Assembly (NCBI GenBank): GCA_025360845.1
Contig: JANYBJ010000303.1
Span: 1,545-65,544, forward strand
Length of the DNA: 64,000 nucleotides
Origin: a bacterium
GTDB lineage: Bacteria > Verrucomicrobiota > Kiritimatiellia > RFP12 > UBA1067
Reading direction: 5' to 3'
Each line of letters opens with the position of its first letter. Position 1 is the first letter of the stretch. Below are positions 45,041-53,322 of this stretch, in pieces. The notes beneath the pieces were generated by a model. That model saw nothing but the letters and a program-made list of their open reading frames with translations. It was not told where the DNA came from and did no database searches. Made by a program: the position numbers and the translations under genes.

Positions 45041-46813
45041 ATGAGCGAGAACGAAGAGGCGAAACCTGCAGAGCAGGAAAACGGCGGGATTGTGTTGGAC
45101 CTGAGCTTTGCTCCGAGTTGGGCGCGTACGTCCCCGGATGCGAACATCCAGCGCTATCGGGATGATCGGTTTGACGGAAGCGAAGATGGCGAAGGCCGGC
45201 ATGGCGGACGCGACGGAGGTCGAGACCGGCGTCCCCAGCGCAGTTTCGACGACCGCGACCGCAGGAAACCGGACCGGAGTAAGCCGCGCCGTGAGTTTGA
45301 CGGAGCCCCGCCTCGCCCTGCCGGAACGGATATGCCGCGCCCGGAATCCCGCGCCGCCGTGGCCGATCTTCGTGTGCCTCGTCCGGACAGCGGCTTCCGC
45401 CCGCAAAGCGGACCGCGTCAGGACCGCGGCGATTTTCGTCCGCCGCGTCCCGAGTACCCGCCGTTGCCGATCGAGATCCGTGTTCTGCCCGAGCAGAAGG
45501 CGCTCGGCGCGGTGATCCGCCGCATTCAGACTTCGCATCGCGCGTTTCCGCTGCGCGATATCGCGTGGCTGTTCCTCGATAATCCGGCTTCGTGTCTGAT
45601 CCGCATTGAACCGCTTAAAGATCAGCAGCTCCCGCTGTTCCAGTGCAAGGTGTGCGGCGTGCCTGCGCTTTCCGAAGAGGAGATCCGCGCGCATCTCGTC
45701 AACCGTCACATGGACGATTTCTTCGACGTGGAAGACATCGACTGCGATCCGCCTGCGGGCGCGTTTGTGGTCGTGGCGCGGTGCGGGTTGAGCGGCGAGT
45801 TGCTCGGGCCGCCGAACCACCACAGCTTCAATTCCAAGGTTCACGAGATGCTCCGGACGAAGTTCCCGAGCATGACCGAGGAGGCCTATCGGTCGCGGAT
45901 CGAGACCGTGCGTGAAACCGAGGTGATCGAGAAGTGGCGGCAGCAGTGTACCCGCAAAAAGATTTATCGCCGTAAGGGCGCGGCGCCGACCGTTGCCGAG
46001 CCGCTGTCCGAGGCGGCCGAGGGTGTTGCCGGAACTGCCGCCGAAGTGGGCGAGCAGGAACCTGCGCCTAAAGCGCCGCCCATGGAGCGTGATGTCGCGG
46101 AGTTGGTCTTCATGCGGGAGATCCTGCCTGAGCAGGTCGCCAGTGCGCGTCATCTGATCTGTACGGCGGCGGTGGCGATGCAGACCACCAGCCGTCCGCT
46201 CTATTTCGCGCTGAAGGACACGCTGAACCGCGAACGCCGTTTCCCGGCCTCTCTGTTTTTCGCCTTGCGCGGAGCGTTCCGCCACCGCAGTCTGCACCTC
46301 TTCCGGGTGAACGATCCGAAAGGGCAGGATTTCGTGATGCTCAAGCAGCCGGTGGTGCTTGACCCCACGCATGCCGTGCAGGCGTTGCGTGATGTGTTGA
46401 CGTTTGTGAACGAGCACTCGGCTTGCACGAAGCTCGAACTGGTCACCGCGCTGGCGGGAGGCGATGAGGCCAAGGTTAAAGAGACGCTGGTGCAGCTCGC
46501 ATGGCTGGTCGAGAAGGGTCATGTCATCGAGTACTACAACGACGTGTTGAGCGGGCCGCTCGAATATCCCGCGTTCCGTTTCCTGCCGGGTGAAAAGCAA
46601 CTGCAGGGCGGAGGTCAGCCGCCGCAGCAGGCACGCCGTCCCCAGGCTGTCAGCGTGCCCGTGGCCGCCGCCGCCGCGGCTGCTTCGCGGGAGGAAGTGC
46701 CCGTGGAGGCTCCTGCCCCTGGTGTGGCGGCGGAGGAGAACGCCGCGCCTGTGACCGAGGAGCCGCCCGTGACGGAGACTCCGGTTGTGGAAACGCCTGT
46801 GGCGACGGAATAA
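45041..46813 (+). CDS. Hypothetical protein with Arg/Asp-rich disordered N-terminus, a C2H2-like zinc-finger motif and a Pro/Glu/Thr/Val-rich C-terminus
   Basis: 590 aa. FQCKVCGVPALSEEEIRAHLVNRH. The tail is PVTEEPPVTETPVVETPVATE. Confidence 0.6.
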   Translation: MSENEEAKPAEQENGGIVLDLSFAPSWARTSPDANIQRYRDDRFDGSEDGEGRHGGRDGGRDRRPQRSFDDRDRRKPDRSKPRREFDGAPPRPAGTDMPRPESRAAVADLRVPRPDSGFRPQSGPRQDRGDFRPPRPEYPPLPIEIRVLPEQKALGAVIRRIQTSHRAFPLRDIAWLFLDNPASCLIRIEPLKDQQLPLFQCKVCGVPALSEEEIRAHLVNRHMDDFFDVEDIDCDPPAGAFVVVARCGLSGELLGPPNHHSFNSKVHEMLRTKFPSMTEEAYRSRIETVRETEVIEKWRQQCTRKKIYRRKGAAPTVAEPLSEAAEGVAGTAAEVGEQEPAPKAPPMERDVAELVFMREILPEQVASARHLICTAAVAMQTTSRPLYFALKDTLNRERRFPASLFFALRGAFRHRSLHLFRVNDPKGQDFVMLKQPVVLDPTHAVQALRDVLTFVNEHSACTKLELVTALAGGDEAKVKETLVQLAWLVEKGHVIEYYNDVLSGPLEYPAFRFLPGEKQLQGGGQPPQQARRPQAVSVPVAAAAAAASREEVPVEAPAPGVAAEENAAPVTEEPPVTETPVVETPVATE

Positions 46814-46841
46814 CGCGGGTTGGCTTGCAGCCTGAGAGGCG

Positions 46842-46877
46842 AAAAAGAGGCGGGAGAAATCCCGTCTCTTTTTGTTT
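46842..46877. terminator. Bidirectional Rho-independent terminator
   Basis: A5-AGAGGCGGGA-GAAA-TCCCGTCTCT-T4GT3: 10-bp stem (one G-U), GNRA loop. Sits between convergent genes. Confidence 0.8.
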
Positions 46878-46895
46878 CTGGCGCGTGCGTTGCGG

Positions 46896-47522
46896 TCAGA
46901 GAATGTCGACGCGGCGCCCGCTGAGGCGCAGCCGACCTTCTGAAAGCAAACGCAGGGCTTCGGGATAGGCGATATGCTCTTCGGCCTGGATCCGGGCATG
47001 CAGCGTTTCGGGTGTGTCGCCTGTGAGCACGGGCACGGCCCGCTGGATGATGAGGGGGCCGGTGTCGGTGCCAGCGTCCACGAAGTGTACGGTACACCCG
47101 GCAACCTTCGCGCCGTACTCAAGAGCCTGCTGCCAGCCGTGCAGGCCCGGGAAGGCGGGAAGCAGGGCCGGATGGATGTTCAGGACCCGCAAGGGGAAGG
47201 CCTTCAGCAGGCCGGGTTTCACGATACGCATGAAGCCCGCGAGGACCACCGTGTCGACCCCCTGCTTTTTGAGCATCTCGATGCAACGCTGTTCGGCCGC
47301 GCCGTCGAGCTTGGTTTTAAACGGGGCGCAATCGAGCCAGGCGCATGGGATGTTATGGGTTCGGGCTCGGTCGAGGATCTTAGCGTTCGGCACGTCTGAA
47401 AGAACCAGACGCATTTCGGCGTTCAGGGTGCCGGCCTTAATGGCATCGACCACCGACTGCATGTTGGAGCCGGAACCTGAACCCAGCACGCCGATTTTCA
47501 AAGCGGTTGAAGGTGTACTCAT
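46896..47522 (-). CDS. purN: Phosphoribosylglycinamide formyltransferase
   Basis: Start at MSTPSTALKIGVLGSGSGSN. NIHPALLPAF, GCTVHFVDAGTDTGPLIIQ. The longer ORF-track start would run through a terminator hairpin. Confidence 0.92.
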   Translation of the reverse strand: MSTPSTALKIGVLGSGSGSNMQSVVDAIKAGTLNAEMRLVLSDVPNAKILDRARTHNIPCAWLDCAPFKTKLDGAAEQRCIEMLKKQGVDTVVLAGFMRIVKPGLLKAFPLRVLNIHPALLPAFPGLHGWQQALEYGAKVAGCTVHFVDAGTDTGPLIIQRAVPVLTGDTPETLHARIQAEEHIAYPEALRLLSEGRLRLSGRRVDIL

Positions 47523-47561
47523 AGGGGTAAGGGTAAATGATGGGCGCGGAACAACCAAGCG

Positions 47562-47600
47562 GAAAATTGAAAGACCGACGGCGTCGGAGCCGTCGGTCTT
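47562..47600 (-). terminator. Rho-independent terminator of the small lipoprotein gene
   Basis: Perfect 11-bp stem AAGACCGACGG/CCGTCGGTCTT (47571-47581 / 47590-47600). On the minus strand it is followed by TTTCAATTTT. Confidence 0.65.
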
Positions 47601-47627
47601 TAAGCACAACCGCGCATGAATAGCGCG

Positions 47628-47858
47628 TTACTTCTTGAGCGCTCCATCGAGCTTCTTCTGCAGGTCGACGGCGGCCTTGTCGGTATCCTTGGCGGCGGCG
47701 TCAGTGGCCTTCTTCGCGTCCTTGGTGGCCTTGTCAGCCGACTGTCCGGCGGATTTGAGGGCCTTGTCAATCTTGGCGCCCGGGGTCTCTTCCTTCTTGC
47801 ACCCCACAAACGCGAACGTGACAGCGGCCATCATAGCGACCATAATCAGACTCTTCAT
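47628..47858 (-). CDS. Small Lys/Ala/Asp-rich lipoprotein
   Basis: MKSLIMVAMMAAVTFAFVGC lipobox, AAGGAGA Shine-Dalgarno upstream. 76 aa. Confidence 0.65.
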   Translation of the reverse strand: MKSLIMVAMMAAVTFAFVGCKKEETPGAKIDKALKSAGQSADKATKDAKKATDAAAKDTDKAAVDLQKKLDGALKK

Positions 47859-48023
47859 TATCGTTCTCCTTTCATCGTGCTTCATGCACAAGGTGTCACA
47901 CATATTTAGGTGACAGGGTCAGAGTAACAAAAATGCAGACCGTGTGCAAGAGTGGGCAACAACTCCATTTTTCCGCACGCGGCGTTGCCGTGTGGTTTGC
48001 CCACTCGATGTCGTCATCGGCGA

Positions 48024-49445
48024 TCAGGATTCGTGCCGTCTCCGGTCCCTCTGCTCCCCCACCGGAATGTACACCTGGAAGGTCGTGCCTTTGCCCTGCT
48101 CGCTCGCCACGTCGACAGCCAGTCGAAGGTTGCGGGCGATCTGCCTGACGATGGCCAACCCGAAGCCCATCGAATTCGGGTTAAAGGCGGCCGCCTCCTG
48201 TGTCCGGTAAAAATCCTCGAAAATGTGAGGCAGCGCCTGATCGCTGATGCCGATGCCGTGATCGGCTATGCGGACCGTCACCTGTGTCGCTTCTTCCTCA
48301 ATTCCGACTTCCACGCTTCCCTTAGTATGAGAATAGATAATGGCGTTCGAGATCAGGTTCGACAAGAGAATGCGCAACTGATTGGGGTCGCTGAGCACGG
48401 TCACTTCGCAAGCGGAGAGAGCCGCGGAAACCTGTTTTCCCGCCGCCAGTCCCTGAACATCCTGAAGGATCGTCTCCAACAAACCATGCAAATTCACCGG
48501 CTTGACGACGCGCTCCCCTGACGGCGCGGAGCGCAGGCTTCCGAGCAGCAGGATGTCGCCGATTCGGGAACGCAGAGACATTGACCGCACGTCGATCTTG
48601 TCGACGAGTTGGCGCACGCCTTCGGGCATTTCTTGCCAGTGCAGGTGCTTCAGGAGTTGGATGTTACTTTCAATGCCTGAGAAGGGCGCTTTGAGGTCGT
48701 GCGTCACGCGCAGCATTTGCAGGTTGATTTCCTGATCCGCCCGCATGATCCTTCCGTTGGCTTCTTCGAGATCGCGGTCGCACTGGCGCACGGCTTCCGA
48801 AATGGATGAAACCAGGTACCACACGATCACCCAGACAAACACGGCCGGAACGGCAAAGGTGGCTTTCGACAGGATGGCCGCCGTATCCGCCGCGCCGGAT
48901 GATGCCGCGGGGAGCCCCGCGCACTCCAGGGCAACCACGCCGAGAAACAGCCCTGAACTCAGCACTGTCACCACGAAACTGTCGCGGCGGCCGAAGAAGA
49001 TACAGGCCAATGTGATGTGGAAGAGATACGCAAACCCGATGACGGTGGTGGTGGGCCCGAACTGGTAAACCACGACGCTCAGAACAGCCAGGTCAGTGAC
49101 GATCTGGAACCAGATGTTGGTGGCCACGGCGTTCCAGGAACAGGGGGTGCGGGAGGCGAGATGGCGTATCCAGCGGCCAGAAACCTGGTTTAACAAAACC
49201 AGCAGACCGGCCAGAATTATCGGCCACCGTCCGGGCGGAGGAAACCCGAGGCGCTCAAGCAGGAACGGGTGCAGGAGGTAACTCGCCCCGCCGAAAACCG
49301 CCAGGAGGGCGATCACGATCCAACGGATGCGCGTGAACCAACTCGCGTTTTTCAGCAGAATCGGCCCCGTCAGACCACTGACAGTGCCGTGACGCAGGGC
49401 GGTCTCTTCCAGCCGGGATTCAGGATCGAGTCTGAAGCAGCCCAT
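48024..49445 (-). CDS. Membrane sensor histidine kinase
   Basis: 473 aa. ~6 N-terminal TM segments, H-box RVTHDLKAPF, HATPase N/G boxes (LLSNLISNAIIYS, DHGIGI, GFGLAIV). Confidence 0.9.
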   Translation of the reverse strand: MGCFRLDPESRLEETALRHGTVSGLTGPILLKNASWFTRIRWIVIALLAVFGGASYLLHPFLLERLGFPPPGRWPIILAGLLVLLNQVSGRWIRHLASRTPCSWNAVATNIWFQIVTDLAVLSVVVYQFGPTTTVIGFAYLFHITLACIFFGRRDSFVVTVLSSGLFLGVVALECAGLPAASSGAADTAAILSKATFAVPAVFVWVIVWYLVSSISEAVRQCDRDLEEANGRIMRADQEINLQMLRVTHDLKAPFSGIESNIQLLKHLHWQEMPEGVRQLVDKIDVRSMSLRSRIGDILLLGSLRSAPSGERVVKPVNLHGLLETILQDVQGLAAGKQVSAALSACEVTVLSDPNQLRILLSNLISNAIIYSHTKGSVEVGIEEEATQVTVRIADHGIGISDQALPHIFEDFYRTQEAAAFNPNSMGFGLAIVRQIARNLRLAVDVASEQGKGTTFQVYIPVGEQRDRRRHES

Positions 49446-49451
49446 ACGTTC

Positions 49452-50012
49452 TCACTTATCGAAATAGTGCATCGCTTGCATTTTCTTCATCAGGCCAATG
49501 TCGCGCTCTTTCACTTGAATCAGCGCGGCCAGAACAGCCCGCACATTCTCATCGGAGGAGTGTGTGAGAATGAACCGGTACCGGGACGCCAGTTTGCCTT
49601 GCCGGCGGATGGCGTCTTCCAACAATTCGGTGCCTTTGACTGTGGCGGGGTTGGACGTGGGCAGACCGTGCTCGACCTGCGGGTCGAAAGGCTCATCGCA
49701 GATGAACGCGGTTTTCCGGGCGTGCTCAAGCGTTTTTTTGGGCAGGTCATCAAGCGCGACGGGAAGACGGCCCCGATCGCGGGCGAGATGGTAGGTCAGC
49801 AACCGGATGCCGTTGTCCGGCGTGTGGTCCCGGACCTCGGCATAATACTTGTTCAGCCGTTTCTTAAAAGCCAGTTCCAGATCCAAAAAAGCGCCAAGCG
49901 TGAGGGTTGCCATGCCGTTCTGCTGCCCGTTAGCTTTAGACTGTTTTCGCCGTGATTCCGTCTCTTCCGGCAGACCGGAAATTTTCGGCAGATAGCCTCG
50001 CTGCAACTTCAT
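49452..50012 (-). CDS. Hypothetical protein co-transcribed with the histidine kinase
   Basis: 186 aa. 6-nt gap to the kinase gene. No family recognised. Confidence 0.55.
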   Translation of the reverse strand: MKLQRGYLPKISGLPEETESRRKQSKANGQQNGMATLTLGAFLDLELAFKKRLNKYYAEVRDHTPDNGIRLLTYHLARDRGRLPVALDDLPKKTLEHARKTAFICDEPFDPQVEHGLPTSNPATVKGTELLEDAIRRQGKLASRYRFILTHSSDENVRAVLAALIQVKERDIGLMKKMQAMHYFDK

Positions 50013-50103
50013 GGCCGATACTCCATCAGGGTGGTGTATGTCTTTCTATTTGATATAATCATGTCATTGTCGGGAGGTTAAGAGAAACAGGACTGAACTA
50101 CGA

Positions 50104-51207
50104 TTAGTCGGACTGGGCTTCGAGCCCTGCTTTTCGGTTCCTCCATTCGCGGGGAGAGAGCCGGGTCTCCTGATGAAACCGGCGCGTGAAATACCCCGGG
50201 TCGTCGTAGCCCGTCAAGCGCGCGATTTCATTGATGCTCAACGTGGGATTGAGCAGCAGCTTCTGGGCGCGTGCGATGCGTTGTTTCGTCAGGTATTCGT
50301 TGAACGAAGCCCCCGCATGCTTACGGAAAAGCGTGGAAAAATGATTCGGGGTCAAGCCCGCGGCGGCGGCCAGTTCCTTGACGGTAAGCGGCAGGTCCGG
50401 GCGTTGTTGCACCAATTCGCTGACGACGCGCACCAGCAGGGAGTTCCCTTGTCCGTCGGACGAAAGGTGGTTGGAACGTTTAGCCCACAGGGTGTTGTTG
50501 AGAAATTTCGTCAGGCTCCCGGCGGGCTCTTGGCTCCGGTTCGCCTCGCTGAGCCGGGTGTTTAAGAGCCGGTTCTGATGCACTTCACGAAGCGCGCAAC
50601 TCATGGTTTGCAACGCCAACTTCAAGACGCGCAAACGGCCTTCGTCCAGTTGTGGCAGATTCAGGAAAGTTTTGCGCAGACGCCGCAGGTCAACCCCTAG
50701 TTTCTCTCCCCGCTGCCGCACCATGTCCCATGTCCCGTCCGAAGAAAAGATGCAGCAGCTAAGCACGGCCATGGATTCGGTGGAAGGGTCGGCGGCAGGA
50801 CACACCAGCACGGACGCGCCGGCATGGCAGATCTGCTCGGACGGTCCGCCGCTGCAGGCGGCGACGGTCATCATGATATGGCACATGTGGCAATGCTTGG
50901 CCCCCTCCGGCGAACTCTGGATCAAACTGCAGAAAACGGGCTGATGCTTCGTGTGCGTGTCGCCGTGCGCTTGCGCCCAGCCGGAGTCCACGGGATAGAC
51001 GATCAACAGACGCGACCCGGTTGCAGCGACGGTCAACTCCGCCACCTGCCGGATCAGGGGATGCCGGCCATAGTCGGTTTTATCGGTCGCCTGCTGTTTG
51101 TTGTTCATCGGTCGTTTTTTCCCGCCGCAAGGCGAAAGGTCAGCGAAGGAACCCGCCCCATTGTCTTTCATTTCGTAGAAAAATCCAGTATCGCATGTTC
51201 CCCGCAT
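50104..51207 (-). CDS. PocR-sensor domain + AraC-type HTH transcriptional regulator
   Basis: PocR-like FCSLIQSSPEGAKHC..CH......ICHAGASVLVCP. C-terminal AraC HTH (VKELAAAAGLTPNHFSTLFRK..., INEIARLTGYDDPGYFTRRFHQETRLSPREWR). The start is uncertain (alternatives at 51171 and 51108). Confidence 0.85.
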   Translation of the reverse strand: MRGTCDTGFFYEMKDNGAGSFADLSPCGGKKRPMNNKQQATDKTDYGRHPLIRQVAELTVAATGSRLLIVYPVDSGWAQAHGDTHTKHQPVFCSLIQSSPEGAKHCHMCHIMMTVAACSGGPSEQICHAGASVLVCPAADPSTESMAVLSCCIFSSDGTWDMVRQRGEKLGVDLRRLRKTFLNLPQLDEGRLRVLKLALQTMSCALREVHQNRLLNTRLSEANRSQEPAGSLTKFLNNTLWAKRSNHLSSDGQGNSLLVRVVSELVQQRPDLPLTVKELAAAAGLTPNHFSTLFRKHAGASFNEYLTKQRIARAQKLLLNPTLSINEIARLTGYDDPGYFTRRFHQETRLSPREWRNRKAGLEAQSD

Positions 51208-51239
51208 GATGTAAATTTATAACGTATAGGTAATTGGTT

Positions 51240-51656
51240 ATGAAAATGCCCGATCAAATTCGCGCCATTCTTGTCGTGGATGACGAGCCCGAAGAACTGA
51301 AAGCGACCTGTCAGGCGTTGGGCACGCAACGCCCAGTGCTGACGGCGGCTTCGGGGCAGGAAGCGCTGCGTATGGCCCGCGAGATGTTGCCTTGCGCGAT
51401 CGTGCTGGACGTCATGATGTCTGGAGGTATGGACGGGTTCGCCGTTTTCAACGAGCTGCAGCATGATCCTGCCACACGGCACATTCCGGTCATCTTTCTG
51501 ACCCACGTCAATCAGGTTACCGGGTTGTCGTTCGGGTCCGGCGATCTGAGGCGTTACCTTGGCTCTGAACCGGCCGCTTTTCTGGAAAAGCCGGTTTCCT
51601 CCGAGACGCTGCGCCGTGAAGTGGAGCGGATTCTCAACGACGGGCGCTGCGCCTGA
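51240..51656 (+). CDS. Stand-alone response-regulator receiver (CheY-like)
   Basis: ILVVDDEPEEL, AIVLDVMMSGGMDGF (phospho-acceptor Asp), PVIFLT. No output domain. Confidence 0.88.
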   Translation: MKMPDQIRAILVVDDEPEELKATCQALGTQRPVLTAASGQEALRMAREMLPCAIVLDVMMSGGMDGFAVFNELQHDPATRHIPVIFLTHVNQVTGLSFGSGDLRRYLGSEPAAFLEKPVSSETLRREVERILNDGRCA

Positions 51657-51773
51657 GGGGCGTATTTATTGGCCTTGCTCGAACGAATCCGCTATTGTGT
51701 GGTTTAGCGCCGTTCAGAAGGCGACTGGAACAAAGCAGATGGCACCGAGAAACTGAAGGAACACGGATCGCAT

Positions 51774-53252
51774 ATGAGCATGCAGGGAAAGTTTAGCGGT
51801 TTACTGAAAAACTGGGTTAGTGTCGCCGGCATTTTTCTGGGAGCCACGGCTCTCACAACGGGCACGGTGCTCCTAATCATCGATGCTTCCCGCGAGAATC
51901 TGTCGCCGTATTTCGGCATCCTGATTTATCTCGTGGTTCCGGGCTTCCTAGCCGGTTCCGGCCTGCTGGTGGTGCTGGGCATGCTCTGGACCCGGCGCCG
52001 TATGCACCGTCAGGGTTACGTTCCCCGCTTGCCTGTGATTGACCTGAGCGACCGCCGAACCCTGTCGCGCATCGCGTTCCTCGGTCTGCTGCTGAGCGTG
52101 TTTTTCATCGTGTCCACCTTGGCGACGTACCGCATGTACCACTTCACCGAGTCCGTGCCTTTTTGCGGTATGATCTGCCATCAGGCGATGAATCCTGAAT
52201 ACACCGCCTTTCAGCAGTCGCCGCATGCCAACACCTCCTGTACGGAATGCCACATCGGCCCTGGCGCGAAGTGGTTCGTCAAAGCCAAGATCTCCGGCCT
52301 CTATCAGGTCTACTCGGTCCTGTTCAACAAGTATCATCGCCCCATTGAAACGCCCGTGGAGAATCTCCGGCCGGCCAAGGAAACCTGTCTGGCGTGCCAC
52401 TGGCCGACCAAGTTTTTCGGCGCCGTGCTGCGAACGTGGACCTACTACCGGACGGACGAGAAGAACTCGCCTTGGACCATCACGATGCTTCTCAATATCG
52501 GCGGCGGCAATCCGGCCCACGGACCGATCCGGGGTATCCACTGGCATATGGAGGGAGTCAATACAATCGATTATGTCGCGACAGACCGGAAGCGTCTGGT
52601 CATCCCGTGGGTCCGCGTGACCGACCAGGCGGGCAAAGTCACGGTCTACCGCACGACGGACGACAAAACCAAAATTTCCGACGGGCAGGCCGCCACGCTA
52701 CCCCAGCGCCGCATGGACTGTATCGACTGTCATAACCGGCCGACCCACCAGTATCGGGCTCCCAACGAGGTGCTCGACATGGCACTTTCTTCGGGCAGAA
52801 TCGACAGCTCCCTTCCCTCGGTCAAGGCACAGACCGCCAAGGTGCTGGCCGCCAAGTACAAAACACAGGCGGAGGCACTGACCGCCATCGACCGTGAACT
52901 CCGGGCGACGTACGCGGGCGACCCCCGGGTCGAGGCCACCATCCGTGAGGTCCAGTCCATTTACAGCGCCAATTTCTTCCCCGAGATGAACGTTCGCTGG
53001 ACTGAATACCCCAACCATGTCGGACACAAGATCACCCCAGGCTGCTTCCGTTGCCACGACGACAAGCACGTCAGCGAGTCCGGCAAACGGATATCGAAAG
53101 AGTGCAAGACGTGCCATACCATTCTGGCCCAAGGCCCCGGCAAGGACCTGCCCGCGTTCACGTCGTCAGGGCTGGATTTCCAACATCCTGAGGATGTCGG
53201 CGAAGACTGGAAGACCGAACGCTGCGACACCTGCCACACCGGCAGCCCGTAG
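51774..53252 (+). CDS. Inner-membrane NapC/NirT-related multihaem cytochrome c (ImcH-like; 3 TM, 7 haem motifs)
   Basis: 492 aa with three N-terminal TM segments. Motifs CGMICH (CX3CH), CTECH, CLACH, CIDCH, CFRCH, CKTCH, CDTCH. Confidence 0.8.
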   Translation: MSMQGKFSGLLKNWVSVAGIFLGATALTTGTVLLIIDASRENLSPYFGILIYLVVPGFLAGSGLLVVLGMLWTRRRMHRQGYVPRLPVIDLSDRRTLSRIAFLGLLLSVFFIVSTLATYRMYHFTESVPFCGMICHQAMNPEYTAFQQSPHANTSCTECHIGPGAKWFVKAKISGLYQVYSVLFNKYHRPIETPVENLRPAKETCLACHWPTKFFGAVLRTWTYYRTDEKNSPWTITMLLNIGGGNPAHGPIRGIHWHMEGVNTIDYVATDRKRLVIPWVRVTDQAGKVTVYRTTDDKTKISDGQAATLPQRRMDCIDCHNRPTHQYRAPNEVLDMALSSGRIDSSLPSVKAQTAKVLAAKYKTQAEALTAIDRELRATYAGDPRVEATIREVQSIYSANFFPEMNVRWTEYPNHVGHKITPGCFRCHDDKHVSESGKRISKECKTCHTILAQGPGKDLPAFTSSGLDFQHPEDVGEDWKTERCDTCHTGSP

Positions 53253-53322
53253 CACCGCTCGGGGGCGGGTGTGCCTCGATTCGAGGAACGCCCCGTTCCC
53301 GCCTGGCCGGAAAAGCTGAGCC

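Noticed and set aside
45014-47122. 702-aa minus-strand ORF
   Set aside because: It spans a strong bidirectional terminator and runs antisense to 45041-46813. Its 3' portion only overlaps purN out of frame.
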